Assembly (NCBI GenBank): GCA_028023455.1
Contig: JAQFVV010000009.1
Coordinates: 10,292,001-10,356,000 of the forward strand
DNA: 64,000 nucleotides
DNA from: Epiperipatus broadwayi
Lineage: Eukaryota; Animalia; Onychophora
Reading direction: 5' to 3'
The stretch's first letter is position 1. Each line of letters begins with the position of its first letter. This document shows, one piece after another, positions 1-14,112 of the stretch. The notes under the pieces are model-generated. The model ran no database searches, was not told the DNA's origin, and saw only the letters and a list, made by a program, of their open reading frames with translations. Position numbers and translations under genes: made by a program.

Positions 1-2410
1 ATCAGAGTAAACAACATTTTAAAATTGTTATGGGAGACTTTAATGCTAGAATTGGTAAGCAACTGAAAGATGAAAGTGCTGTAGGTAATTTTGGTTATGG
101 TAATAGAAATGAGAAAAACTTTATATTATGAATTCTTTTTTTGAGAAAAATGTTAAAAGGAAATGGACATGGAAGCATCCAAATGAAGGTACAGCAGAAT
201 TGGATTATATTTTGACTAACAGAAAATACATATTTCAAGATTGTAATGTTCTTAATATATTTAACACAGGAAGTGATCATTGATTAGTAAGGTGTAAGAT
301 ATGTGTTAATGTAAAACTAGAGAGACAAAAATTATTAAGGAAAACAATATTTACAGTTGATATTCATAATCTTCAGAAACATTCTAATGAATTTAAATTA
401 AAACTTACAAATCGGTTTCAAGTATTAGTAGATTTTGAACATGATTCAGATTTGAATGAAATTAATATAAAAATAACTGATACACTTTTAAAAACTGCAA
501 CAAAGATAGCTGGTAGAAAAAAGCAGCAATTGACCATTAAAATTTCTACTGAGACTAGAGAATTTATGAAGAAAAGAAGGAATATGAAGATATACAAAAA
601 TGATGCATTAAAAAGGATTGAATATCTCGAATTTTGTAAAATGGTGTGGAAAAGAGTTGAAAATAATATAAGAAAGTATAACTGTGAACTAGCAAGGAAA
701 GCTGTAGAAGAAAACAAAAGTCTCAAGAATGTTAAACAACATTTTGGTATTTGTAGGAAATTTATATCTGGAATAAGAAAAAAAAATGTAATTATTACTA
801 AAAAGAGAAATGACATCATGAAATTGGTAGAAGATTTTTATGAAGAATTATATAGTAATAAAGAACAAGTACCTCCTATATCTATTACACCTTCCAAATT
901 GCCCAGAATTTTAAATGAAGAAGGTGAGACATGCAATTAAACATATGAAAAATGGAAAGGCTCCAGGTAATGATGGAATTATAATTGATGTATTAAAAGA
1001 AGCAGGTGAAAAAATATAAATATTTTTAGCAAAGTTATAAACCAAATGTGTAAATGATAAAGGTGTACCAAATGATTGGAAGAATGCTGTAATAATATTA
1101 ATATTTAAAAAAAGTGATAAAGAAGATATTAGAAATTACTGACCTATCGACCTTTTATCAGTTTTATATAAAATTTTTACCAAGATAATTACAACTCGTC
1201 TACAGAGAATATTGGATTTCCACCAACCAAGAGAACAAGCTGTATTTAAAAGTGGTTTTAGTACAGTAGATCATATCCAGGTATTGAGAGAAGTTATAAA
1301 AAGGACAAATGAATATGAGTTGTCATTATGTTTTGGATTTGTAGATTATAAAAAGGCATTTGATTCTATAACCATTTTTTCAGTGATTAAAGCATTGAAT
1401 CATCAAGGTATAGATCCAGGATATTGTCATATTTTAAAGAATATTTATAAAAATGCAACAGCAACAATTAGATTACATAATGATACTGGGAAAGTCAACA
1501 TTGGGAAAGGTGTAAGACAAGGTGACTCCATATCTCCAAAACTTTTTACTGCAGTGCTGCAAGAAGTCTTTTGTGGATTAAAATGGGAAACTAAAGGAGT
1601 GAAAGTAAATGGAGATTATTTAAATCATTTAGATTTCACAGATGATGTAGTTGTTTTTGCAAATAATGCTTCAGAGCTGCAGGAAATGTTGCAGGAGTTA
1701 GCAGATGAAAGTAAGAAAGTAGGACTAAAGATAAATGTTAAAAAGACTAAAGTAATGTTTAATCGATTTGCTCAAAATATGAAAATAAAGATTGATTATG
1801 GTGAATTAGAAGAAATTAACAATTACAAATACCTTGATCAGATTATTAATACAGATGGAAACATAATGGAGGAAATTAATCATAGAATTAAACTTGGTTG
1901 GAGTGCTTTTGGTAGAAATAACTTGATACTAAAAGGAAATATGCCTATGTGTTTGAAAAGGAAGGTTTTTAACAAATGTGTTTTACCAGATCTTACTTAT
2001 GGAACTGAGACTTGGACACTTGATAGAAGAGCAATACAGAGACTTCAGACCACTCAAAGAAATATGGAGAGATGTATGTTGGGGGTAACAAGAAGAGATT
2101 GAAAACACAATTATGGGTAAGAGAACAAACAGGTGTTACTGACCTCATTGAAAAAATTAAAAAATTGAAGTGGAGTTGGGCTGGACATATTGCTAGAAGA
2201 GATGATAATAGGTGGACAATTGAAATTTTAAACTGGATTCCAAGAGATTTTAAAAGACCCAGAAAGAGACCACATGTAAGATGGATGGATGAAATAAGAA
2301 AGTGTGCAGGGGTGATGTGGAGAAGAGAAGCTAAAGATCGGAGAAGTTGGATTAAACTTGAAGAGCCCTTCATCCTGCAGTGGATTGATAATGGTTGATG
2401 ATGATGATGA
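1..2410 (+). mobile_element. Degenerate RTE-clade non-LTR retrotransposon (APE C-terminal part + RT + C-terminal domain), 5' end outside window
   Basis: GDFNA at ~32-46; RT motifs in ORF 1212-2102 (QAVFKSGFST, FVDYKKAFDS, GVRQGDSISPKLF, DFTDD); RTE-type C-terminus LKWSWAGHIARRDDNRWT...RPRKRP..RWMD in 2072-2398; (TGA)n tail at ~2396-2410; frameshifts between ORFs. Confidence 0.92.
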
Positions 2411-2861
2411 TATAGATATCTGAAAGTGATATAAAGATTAGTATAATTACCTGCCAAGTTTAGCATGGAAGTTTTCTTTAATAGTTGAGAATTTTTTTAA
2501 AAACCCAAGATTTTTTTTTTCAGATTTCCAGTCTATAGCCAACTTAATTCATTATCCTATATTACTTAACAAATGTATATCTAGTTATTTAAAATTGAAG
2601 AGTAAAAATTTTCAAAATAATTTGACTTAGATATTTGAGTGTTACTAGCTTACAATAACATGGTATGCTGCCATTGATGAAGATCAAATGTTTTATTGCT
2701 TGATAAAAATATTCTTTTTCAAGGCATTTTTAGAGTTATGTAACATGCTTTCTAAATTATTTAACCCACACACATAAAGTGTTTAACTGCTGAGAATTTT
2801 TTTGTTGCTTAGTAATTCTCCATATGATTTTGCAACTTTATTTAATTAAGAATGTAATTAT

Positions 2862-3540
2862 ATTTCTTTGTCTCTCTCTCTTATGTTAATTCTGAAAATT
2901 GTTTGTTAATTATGATTGGCACTTTACAATTAAGAAAGAGAAGGGAAAAGGTCATGAACTACTAAGAAGTTTTTACAGTAAGATTAAGAATTTAACATTA
3001 CTGTACATTAAACAGTTAACTGATTTTTATTTATACTATATATATATAAATAATTTTTATTTATACTATATATATATAAATAAAAGAAAATCCTCATAGT
3101 ATAGTGGTTGATGCGTTCATCTGCCATGTTTTTTATAGTTTTCAAATTTGGTATAGCTTGGGAATATTTTAAGACCATTCAATATTGGATAAGAATATAA
3201 CTACAATTTCTTTCTCTCTCTCTCTTTTGTTAATACTGTGAATTGTTTGTTAATTAGATTGGCACTTTACAATTAAGAAAGAAAGAAAAAATGATATAAA
3301 ATACTAAAAAGTTTTAAAGATATCTTAACAATTTAACCTTTATATGTGTTAAACATTTAATTGACTTTTATGTACATTGTGTATATACAAAATAATTCTT
3401 ATATTATAATTAGATGGTATATTTATCTGTCATGTCTTTGACATGTGTTTCAAATATAGTCTAGCTTGATTACATTTTAGACCATCCAATGTGATAATCT
3501 GAGCTGATTAATAAGTGTTGATGAACTGATCCCAAAACTC
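2862..3540. repeat. Diverged tandem duplication, unit ~340 bp, with an internal ~31 bp tandem in copy 1
   Basis: tttctttXtctctctctc...aattgtttgttaatta-gattggcactttacaattaagaaaga recurs at ~2863 and ~3209. Confidence 0.85.
3091..3128 (+). other. tRNA-Asp-like 5' half (SINE head or tRNA fragment)
   Basis: TCCTCATAGTATAGTGGT resembles the tRNA-Asp 5' end (TCCTCGTTAGTATAGTGGT); ctgccatg/ctgtcatg at the anticodon position in the two duplicate copies; no T arm. Confidence 0.35.
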
Positions 3541-3649
3541 ATTTGTAATATGATATCATTTACCTGTATCTAGGAAAATGGCATACACCCTTTGGGCACA
3601 CTGTGTTTATACTTCAAGTGTATAAAGAATTATTTTGCTTCATGAAATA

Positions 3650-3907
3650 AAGATTATTTGTGAAAGTATTCTCTTTGATTGTTAGTAATCAATAGAATAT
3701 ATTTTCTAAAAAAAAAATTTAAAACCCAAATAAATATGAATTCATTATGATTGTTGTTTTTAATAGTTCTATAAATTCTTTTAAGTAACACTATATTATC
3801 TGAATAATTAATTAAGATTATATGAAAGAAAGATTATTTGTGAAAGTATTCACTTTGATTGTTAGTAATCAATGGAATATATTTTCTATAAAAAAATTTT
3901 AAGACCC
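3650..3907. repeat. Direct repeat pair, ~78 bp (about 3650-3727 and 3829-3907)
   Basis: aaagattatttgtgaaagtattc-ctttgattgttagtaatcaat-gaatatattttcta occurs twice. Confidence 0.85.
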
Positions 3908-4179
3908 ATTTTATATTATTCACATGTTTAAGCCAATTTTTTTTAATGGTTTTTACATTTTATTTTCTAATTTTCTACTTTGAAGCATCTGTATTTCAAG
4001 CCTTCTTACTGAAATTCTAAGGTCTCATGGTCCTGCTTATATTCATAATGGTTTATGTTTAGGTCTAGGATTGGTAAAATTTGGTAAAAAAAATTTAAGT
4101 TGTAATCAGACTTAAGATTTTTCTTTCAGCTACTTGGTTCTTAGCCATTCCAGTACAATTAAAAAAACAACCAAATGAT

Positions 4180-4295
4180 TTATTCCTCAGGAGGTCATGT
4201 GACATGTAAGTACTAAAAGTGACAAGATTGAACTCTGATCAAGGAATCATTAGTTCTTGAGTCCTCCACTCTATCATTGCACTAAACCATATAGA
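4180..4295 (-). mobile_element. Degenerate tRNA-derived SINE-like element
   Basis: Minus strand has A-box-like tttagtgcaatgatagag and B-box-like gagttcaatc; ggaggtcatgtgac-like motif recurs at ~33735 and ~43222. Confidence 0.35.
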
Positions 4296-5049
4296 GCATT
4301 TTAACTGATTACCCAATATATCTAATTGTTCTTGATTAGAGAATAAAATAGTGGTGGAAAACTATTCAAATCATCCTCACTCAACAGTTAGCAAGACTGG
4401 TAATATATTTTTTCTCCTCTTGATCTATGAGGAGCTTTTGGAGTGGTCTTTTGCTGAGGTTCTTTTATCTTTTTCAATCTAATTCTGAGTAACATTTTTA
4501 AGCCCTTAAATGGTCCTTGTATATTAGCATTAAATCATTATTTTAAACATTGTTTTAATGAATGAAATTAGCAAAACAGAAACTCAATACATTCTTTTTT
4601 AAAAAAAAAAAAATTATCTGAATATAAATAATTTCAGATTTATGAGGTCTTATAATAGATTAGGAAAAATCATTTTATTACTTTTAATTTATATTTTTGT
4701 AGTATAATAGAACTTTTCAATTTTTTGCATGAAGGCAGATTGTTTTGAATAAACAATAGAATAAGTGATAGTTGCCTGATATATTACTATTTAATAACTA
4801 ATGTTTAGAAACCTTTAATATAAAGACATATATTAGAATTAAGATTATGTAATTTTAGTAGATTACTCATGGATTATCAAATAGCAGTTTCTTTATGTCT
4901 TTGCTTTGCTTAGTCATTGAAAAAATGGGAGTTTGTAGCATTGAATCTTTTTTATTATAATTAAAAAGAATATCCTAAAAAATTTCAGATCTTTTTACTA
5001 TCTTTAGTTTTCAATACCAACGATTTTTTTTCTCTTTTCTGGGTAATTG

Positions 5050-6620
5050 TAACATTCACATAAATGTTCAGGACATTTATACAGAAAAGACAGTTTATAT
5101 TTTTTATATTCATGCTAAGCATATTTTCAATATATTGCAATATCACAATCATAGCACTTTCATTTTCTTTAATGTTCAGAGTCTATATGTTTACTTGACA
5201 ATTATTTTAATATTTAAAATCATTTAAATTTGTGTGTTTAATATTCAATATTTAAATCTCTCAAAGATCCCCATTTTTTGTGATTTTTTGTTTATAGCAA
5301 ATCAATCTTTAGCTATTATTGTCCAGGCCTCTTTAATTTTCCTTTCTCTTGGTGCATATAATTCCAGCTCTAGACAAATCAAATTTATGGCCAGAATTTT
5401 GTTCATGGTCTATAAATATTGAGGAATATTGCTTTTCTTTGCTCTATTGTACAAATATCTATGCTGGCTGGTCTTGTTGAGAGATTAGCCCTTGTTTCTC
5501 CATAATATGCAAAATTACAAGTAGCTTGTTTGCATTTAATTTTGCAAATGATTTGATGAGCTGATTCCATGGGAAGGTCATCATTCAAATTGTTAAGCAG
5601 TATGGTTAGTGAAGGGGGAGTACAAAAACTTATATTTTTCAGAGCATATTCTTTTTAATTTCTGGGAGATTTTCAGAATGTATGGGAGGCTTGTCCATTT
5701 TTTAGTCTCTATGACTTGATACTGAGAAAGTTTTTTTAGTTTATTATAAAATATATCAATTGTTTGAAAAATTTTGTTAATATTATATCCTAAGTTTTGT
5801 AAATCTTAATATATGCATCTATATTATTTTTCCTATTTGTTTTAAATTTACACAATTTTAAATTCCTATATAAAAACCTTTAAAACCAGCATCTTTATAA
5901 GACATAGGTGTTAATGACTTGGGATGGATCACTCCTTTTATTTATATTCATCAGTTTTAGTATTATTCTGTAGTTTAAGATATTAAGCTGCTTCTGAATG
6001 AATAGATTCAAAAATCAATAGTCCAAATTAGAGATAATGCATATTCTAATTCTTGATGAATTTTTGTAATTTGTGTTTCACTTGCACAGATTAACATGTC
6101 ATCTACATATCTAACACACAATATATTAGAGTTCAAAGACAAAAAACATGGAATAATTGTGTTTTCAATTTTTGTAAAATATAAACTGCTTGCAATGCAG
6201 CTAAACAGAAACACCATTGTCTATCCATGTTCCATTCTATAGTACTTTTCATTTGATATTGTAATAATGTTTTTATTTATCCATTTCAGGACATCGGAAT
6301 AGTTTGAAAAATATTTCAATTGACTTCAAACATGGTATAGATCTATACAGTTATTTGACTACATATAAGGAATTAAATAATTTCATTTCTTGCTAGTCCC
6401 CCTCTGCTTGGGCCATAAATATGGAAACAGAATCTTGATTCTGCTGGTATGTTAAAAAAACTACAGTTATACATCCAACTAGTGATATCTAAATACTCAT
6501 CCAAAATTGTGTGGCTAATTGATTTGTTTATATTTGAGAAAAAGTGAATTTAAATTTCTTTTCAAACTTGAATCATAGGTCTTGGGCATTGAAAGCTAAT
6601 ATATTAATCATCACATCATG
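5050..6620 (-). mobile_element. Degenerate Penelope-like element (RT + C-terminal GIY-YIG + HHR-bearing 3' end)
   Basis: Minus-strand SLYVVK*LYRSIP (motif A), KYYRMEHG*TM (B'), CVRYVDDMLI (6008-6217 ORF), CKIKCKQATCNFAYYGETRANLSTR (5403-5588 ORF); HHR at 5112-5157. Confidence 0.85.
5112..5157 (-). ncRNA. Type I hammerhead ribozyme, A3:U8 core variant (degenerate)
   Basis: GTGCT-ATGATTG-T-GATAT(TGCAAT)ATATT-GAA-AATATGCT-T-AGCAT: 5-bp stem I, 5-bp stem II, GAAA intact; position 9 is G and stem III has a mismatch. Confidence 0.6.
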
Positions 6621-9126
6621 AGAATTGTCATTCAAGATAGAGAAGAGTTTCCAACTGACTTATTATGATAGACCATGAATAATTTTGATGCATGATAGTA
6701 TCTATATTAAGTTTAGAAGTTTTTAGAATAGTATGGGAACATGTATATTAATTTCTCTTTCCATAGGTAAGAAAATCTAACTAGAAAATAAGAATATTAT
6801 ATGTACATGATATGTATTTAATTACCATAGTTTTTTGTTCTTAGCATTGTATTATTTAGTGAGTTTTAACATCATGTGTGTATGTTTATATATGTATTGA
6901 ATGCTATCTTTAATGTGTATATTAAGTAGATGTCAGGTGTATTGCAAATCAATTTGCAAATCAACTACAGTACCATGAAAAATAATACATATTTTACAGG
7001 ATCCAATATTTATCATTAAATCATGAATTTATCAGTTACACTGGATCTGTCTATTATAATAAAATATCTTTTGTAACTTTACATAAATATGGGAGTTCAA
7101 CAAACAGTCTTTTAAAATATAAAAGATATTAAGACATTTTTATAAATGGGTGTTGTAAGTTCTGTGTGATACTTTTATGATCCCATGGTTGACAGATTAA
7201 CATTAATGCTTAATAACATACTGCAGATATTTGTCACTCTATCGTTTATTTTAAGCAAATAATGACAGTATATATATATCCCACTTCATATTTAAAGAAA
7301 CAAAAACATGTACATTTGCAATATTTCTACCATCGTAATAATTGTATAGTCTCTGGTGAATAATTTATTATTTTATTGTTTTGTTTAATTGCATCTGAGT
7401 ACATAATTTGTTAATTCAAATTTATTTAATATATATGTATTAGTAAATCAGCAATCTTTCATTTCATCAGTCTCGTCTTTAATTAAATAAACTGCATTTT
7501 ATTTATTTTAAGTTCCAATATTTTTTTTTCATAGAGTTATCTAACAATTTTTTTTAAATTGTGAAATGTAATTTAAATTTTTTTCACTGTTCTTGAAAAT
7601 ATTTTTTCGTACTTTTCATGGCCCAAATATTTTAATTTTCTTAGTACGATTTGCTTTACTATCCTATTTCAAAAATTACTATTATATTTCTTATCTTTAA
7701 ATGACTATTATAGATTACTTTTAAATATTTGTTTACGTATCTTAAAGATATGAGAGCATGTTGAAATTTATGATGTTGCTTTAACATTGAGACGCTGGTA
7801 TAAACTGCTCTCTGATGGCAAACAACAGACATTAACGTTGATGCTGAGTTCTACTTGCTTCAAGATTAAGACAGAGAACTTTATATACCTACATGTTTGT
7901 TATATTATTAAATGATTGCATTAATGTTAACTGCTCCCTTTCCTACCTCTCCTGTTTTAGACTTACAGGTTTTATCTCAGAAAATTTAGCACATATTTTA
8001 TAGTATATTGTATACATTAATTAATTGTTATGTAAATATTCTAAATTTAAATTTAATATTTAAAAAGTCATGAATAACAGATGAAAATATGGAATGTTGA
8101 TTCAAGTATATGCTAACATATATATAACTATGTATAAAGGACACAAATAGACACAATGTTGATCTAGGTTGTAAAGAATGATAATATTCACCTATAAACA
8201 TTCCCTTTGATATCACATGTCTATTGCAGTAAATGCAAAATAACATTAATAGATGTGCATTAGCATACACTCTGCAATAGTTGAAATAGTATTTTTAATT
8301 ATACATACATTCATAGCTAAAAGAAATATTTGCATTTGGGATAATATCTAATGTCTAGTCAAAGTAAGTAACCAGTAAAACTGCACATGAATCAGTATAT
8401 TTTCATTATAATATCAGCTATAGAAATGAGTTTAACTTTTATATAAACTCTTTCTGCTTAAGAGAGAAAGTAATAATATTCAATTATAATATTATTAATC
8501 ATTATATAGAAGGATATTGAACTAAGAACAAGGAGATAAGGCCATACATTTAATAAAAAAAATGTTTAATTAATAATAAGGCTGGATAATATATAATAAT
8601 AGACATTAATTTAACAAGTACATTCACTTAAATATGAATCATTATATATATATACGTTAATTTATATAAGTATCTAGGTGCTACTATTTTAAAATGCTAC
8701 TTCAAATAACTCTAGCTTGTTATAAAATATCTAAATTATTTAATATATTGAAATGAAAAAAAAGTTTTTATATTTTAAAAGTATAAACATTAAATTTAAG
8801 CAAGTTTATAATTTGTTTCTAAATTTGTGATGCTAGATTAAATTATTGTTAACGAAATAGTGTGCAATGCCAAACTATAATCAAAAGGATATGGTTTAAT
8901 GATGAATGACACACACTGTTATGACATCATTCTTCTCAGACAAATATCATAATGATTATTACCAATTATTTTTAAGGCCAGAAATAATCATTAGGCAGTA
9001 AGTTTTGGCTTTTTAATAAACTAATAATTTGATCTCAAACGTTGGTTTGAACTCAACTCTCCCAACATCCTCTTCCTTGCTGAAACTAAACTCTCCACTT
9101 ACTTCAACTATAAGATTTACTCCACT

Positions 9127-10300
9127 TTGTCCACCTTTGGTCTTTTCAAGTATTCTACTGCCTTGACTTCTGCTGGAGGAGTCACCATCCTCATTAATAA
9201 ACATGCCCCTCCCTCTACCTTTTCCATCATACATATCAATGCTCATTCTATTATCTTGGAGGTGCAATTTGGGTGCTTCAGAAGTTTTGTGATTTATTTA
9301 TATCTGCCCTCCAATGACAGTGACACCCTCATTAAATCTATTATTCACCGAATCAACAACATCACAACTACCACCTCCCTTCTCATTCTTCTTCTGGGTG
9401 ACTTCAATATGGGCTACCAGTCCTTTACAAACAAATATCTACATCTCTTCTCCAGGGGCTTAATGTGTGGAAAGGGCTTTTTCCCAGTCCACACCTACTC
9501 TTTCTACACCCATAAGCATAAGACCCTCATTGATTTAACATTCTACTCTCCTGATCTCCATTTCATGATTGAATCGGCCCAACTCCACACTATGCCTTTT
9601 TCAGATCACAAGGCATTACACCTCTCCCTTGACATTAACTCTGGTCCTCCAGTAAACCTTGGCCTCAGAAGAACAATATGATTCCTCAACAAAAAAATAC
9701 ACCAATAGCACTGCTTTCAGAAATTTATATATACCTTCATAAAATCAATATCCTTCAAATGGAGCCCATCTCTGCATGGTTTGCATTTGTGGAAATCCTG
9801 CAAGCTGCCATCCACGAATACACCTGGAATTTCTGAGGGCCACTCAAGTTGCTTGCTTCCATGGACAAAATTTCAGAGCAACTAAATGATCAGGAGAGTG
9901 GGCCATTAGACATTAGCACCATCATCCAACTGAAACTTTAATACCATGATGATCAAAAGGCCTTGGCTGAGTACATATCAGTCCAACACACACAAAGGTA
10001 CACGGAGAAATAGCATTGTTGGACCAGAAGTTACCTGGGTGGGCTCTTGGTTTCCACAGGAAGCAAACCATTCCCTCATCCAACACAGTCAGCAACAAAT
10101 CCTACATAGGTCAGGAATTGCTCCTTCATTTGAGAAACCATTACAAGCACATACTTCTCAAAGCTGACATCCCTCCTTTCACTATGCCATCAACCTTGAA
10201 TGTCAGCTCTGATCCTAGCATCACCCAGGCCATGCTACTTAACAAACTGAAAAGCTTTTCTGACCATGTCCACCCTTTTATAGGGCAAAGTCTTTTAATC
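9127..10300 (+). mobile_element. Non-LTR retrotransposon fragment: AP endonuclease domain plus downstream linker, clade uncertain
   Basis: ORF 9127-9681 has GGVTILI, IYLYLPS, LLGDFN, LIDLTF, SDHKAL; GC-richer than flanks; truncated before RT. Confidence 0.8.
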
Positions 10301-10760
10301 ATTTATCACGAAGACAGAAATCTTTTGTTTTGTGTAGATTTTTATACTTCTTGTTATATTTTACAGTTTAATTAAGAATAGCTAAATCAATATTTACCTA
10401 TCAATATTTATTTATTTAATAAGATGACAAGTATTAATAGGATTCCAGCCAGGAGATAGATTCACCAGCAGCTTTATCAAGTCAATTCTGCCATTATAGC
10501 CATAAAATTGACAGTGATAAGTTACATTTATAAAGCAGGAGTTGTCCTGAATCTGTTTTTGAAACTCTACTTGCATCTAGAAGGATCAAATTCAACTGAC
10601 TTTGTTTTTGGATCTGGAAGAATAAATTTATTTGAAATGTCAAAAGAATTCCATTATTTATATCATAATTTTTAAATTGGTTGAACATTCAAAAAGAATT
10701 TTATTTGAGTCTTAGCTAGGGACAAGTCCAATCTGCTTAACAGTTTTTTTTTATATATTT

Positions 10761-10902
10761 TCTATGAGGAAATTTGTTTTATACCTAATAGAAAAAATAA
10801 GTGAAAGAACAGGAAACCTCTGCAAAGGAGTTCTATGAGGCAATTTGTTTTATACCTAATAGAAAAAATAAGTGAAAGAACAGGAAACCTCTGCAAAGGA
10901 GT
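10761..10902. repeat. Near-perfect 71-bp tandem duplication
   Basis: tctatgagg-aatttgttttatacctaatagaaaaaataagtgaaagaacaggaaacctctgcaaaggagt at 10761 and 10832. Confidence 0.95.
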
Positions 10903-11699
10903 GTGTCAGTATTATTTCTTATGGTAATATTTAATTGGTTATCCAAAAGTTTAATGTGGAACTTTTTTTCCAACAGGGACACATTATTCATCATCAAAAT
11001 ATGCTGATGTAAAGGAATCCTTAAAAATATTTGCATTACAATTGCAAGTAGTGCAAGCTAGCTTTCCAAGTAGATTATTCTTAGAAATTAATTTTTATTT
11101 AACCTTAGATAAATAAGGAAAATAAGTTAGACTATGATTGAAGATTATTTCTGAATAGCATGGGCTAAAATATTTCAGACTACTATTGCAAAAAATATTA
11201 ACATTATAAGATGATTTCCTGTTGTTTAATTAAAAATAAAGCATATTGCTTTTATTGGATTAGGAATAAAATCCTAATCTTAAAAAATAATTTCAATTTT
11301 TTTCATATTGTTATTGTGACACCTTTTAAGAAGTTAAAGCAAATATTGGCAGTACAGATTATTTTCCTGGTTTTCCATATGTGGAAGATCACTGATGAAT
11401 ATATTAAATAAAGTAGATGAGAGAACTGAATCCTGTGGCAATTTATTCAGTAAAATTGTGTATGTACTATGATGATCATTTAATGTCATTTGAATTTTTT
11501 TTATTGGTAAGCATTTTGTAAAATGAATTAATGTTTTTTTGCAATTAAGAATTTTATAAACTCTTAGAAGAAAATCATTTACTCAAACAGAATCACAAGG
11601 TGAGATTAGATCTGTAAAGGTAGCACCAATTTTTAAATTATTTTGAAAGCCTTTTGCAAAATTAGTTGTTAAAAGAAAGCTTGCTTTTTCTTAGCGTTA

Positions 11700-12400
11700 A
11701 ATAACCAGCTTTATAGAAAAATGGCTCCCAACTATTGACAGAATTCTTATTAATATGATTTTTTCAAAAAGCTTGATAGAGAATACATAATAATGATAGC
11801 AGACAATAATTTTTTTAAATCACTACTGTCTTTGTTTGGTTTTAAGACTGCTATAGTTTTGCTTACATACCAAATTTTTGGAATACTTTCTTTATAAATA
11901 ATAGTACTGAATAATTTTATCAATTGTGCTTTGGCTTTAGGTCCTACATTTTTAGAAATCTCTGAAAGCATATTATTTTCTTCTGGTACTTTTCCTGATC
12001 TAAGATAATCAAGGGTAAATTCAAATTCATCAATATCTACCAATTTTATCAGATTAATATTAGAGCAATAATGTGAAAGAAAAGCTTTCAATTCTATCAA
12101 TCTTGGATTTATAATTCTGACATATGAGAGTAGCAGCAACCTTGTTAGTAGTACCAATAGTATCTTTTGGAGGTACTTTGCATACATTAAGTTTCATAAA
12201 AAAGACCAGGTCTTATGACTAAATATTGTTAAGTTTTGCTTCTCAGTGTTTCTTCTCCACTTTTCTTTTCTGGCATCATTCAATAATTTTTTAAGTTTGT
12301 CAGCAATTTCTGGATCTTTGATAAACAAAAATTGGCTATAAAGAGTTAATCAAAAATGAAATGATGACATTAATTTCCGGAGCTAAGGCTCTCTACTTGC
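11700..12400 (-). mobile_element. Non-LTR retrotransposon RT N-terminal fragment
   Basis: ORF 11750-12187 LRSGKVPEENNMLSE...LIKLFSTI...IPKIWYVSKTIAVLKPNKD matches the KAPG.D.I...L..LFN....P..W...I..I.KP.K region. Confidence 0.75.
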
Positions 12401-13349
12401 AGACTGAGTTGCAGGAAAATTGTCATCCATCCATTCCTACCTATCCATAATTTGATGCCCTATGAATCAATTATCTGGACAAAAAAAAAAAACAATTCTT
12501 AGTTACATAAAAATATTTTCCAAATTTTCACTTAGAATCAAATCCCAGGTAGTAAATATTTTATTTTTGCACACACACATATATAATAGGTTATTTTATG
12601 CATTATATAGCAAAACTAACAATTTTCATTCATTTTTTATGTAACCTCTGAGCAGTCAATGATTTAGAAATTCCTCTATTCTAAATGAAAATCATATAAT
12701 CAGGAAATAGGAATAGAAGTATTTTATAATTAATTACAGTCATTTTAGTTCAGTGATGTACAGTCTTTTTAAACTTACAATCCCCTGGATAAAAATTTGA
12801 TACAATCTATTGTTTTTACCGTGCCTAAATTAGGTATGAGTATGTAAGGATATTCATAATAAAACAATAATAGTTTTAATTAATATACTAATTTATATTT
12901 CCTAATATTTTAGTATTAAGCACATACAATTTAAAATGAAATTTTTGAAACAATCCTATACTAACAAAAAAAAATTATGATATATACAAAAATAATTTAT
13001 TTTCATGTGATTTGTATTTAAGTTTAAAAATTAATTATTTTTTTTCAAAAAATTATCATTATTCAAAACTTAAGAGTATTTCTTAAAATTTTGTGAATTC
13101 CAGCAATTTTTAGGTGATCCCTGAGAGATCACAACATATTGGTTGTGCATCACTGATTTAGCTAACTAGTCACTCACTATATGAGTAAGATTGGATTAAA
13201 CTTAGATAATACCCAGGCAGTTTGAAGCAAGTTTAATATTGTTAAAAATTTGAATTTATGTTATTATTTTGTTGACCTTTGAGCATTTAACACTTTTTGT
13301 ATCAGAATTAGACTTAAATGACAGAAACTTATATATAATGCTAATAATT

Positions 13350-14065
13350 AGAGCAATACCTATATCAATGTAGAGCTCCATAGTGCTACTGCCAATCTAC
13401 AAAATAGATGATAAATGAAAGCAGATGAAAAATAAATCCACTCCCAAATATAAACCATGATCTTGTAAGGACAGTATATTTAGATAATGATATCTACAAG
13501 AATGAATGTCAAATCCATAGAGATTCTCACATTGTCTTTTTCAAATTGGCTGTAATTTATACTTACAAAACAAGTTTAAAATTCTATTCATTTTAATGGG
13601 CATGCAAACAATCAAACAAATATCAAATATATAAAGTTCAAATTATCTAGTGTTAATAATAAGTAATAATTGTATTACTAAATTTCCTAACACTTGTAAT
13701 ATTAATGACATGTTCCCTAATTCAGTATCATTATACAAAGAAAATCCATTTCTATTTACAGACCATAATATTAAAATGATCATTGATCTAGACAGTGATA
13801 TGTATAAGACTTATTTGATATTTGGTCAGTTGTTGTAAGTTTATTTAAATGAGTAGAAATCAACTCTGTCTTATAAATACAAATATATAGCTAATTTGAA
13901 TAAAACTACAAGGGTATTTCAGAGGATTTGATATTTGTCCTTGTAAATATCATTGTCTAAATCTATCCATGCATGGTCCACAGATAGAAATGGATTTTTT
14001 CCATCTGCTTTGTAGGTAGGCAATAATACTAGAGGGTATTATATTAATATATCTATTGCTAGAAA
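13350..14065. repeat. Diverged inverted repeat (arms ~13350-13525 and ~13905-14065) with a partial third copy at ~13740-13820
   Basis: aaagcagatg..aaaaatcca..tttaga-aatgatat-tacaag matches in reverse complement. Confidence 0.65.
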
Positions 14066-14109
14066 GTTTTCCACTACAATAATCATATTTTTTATTACTT
14101 TATGATAAA

Positions 14110-14112
<3 letters not shown>

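Noticed and set aside
418-2466. Minus-strand ORFs 418-819 and 1993-2466
   Set aside because: Antisense shadows of the RTE coding sequence; no independent motifs.
13950-14010. GAA-ATGGA(TTTTT)TCCAT-C resembling HHR stem III plus cleavage site
   Set aside because: No CUGANGA-like core upstream and not conserved in the opposite arm.
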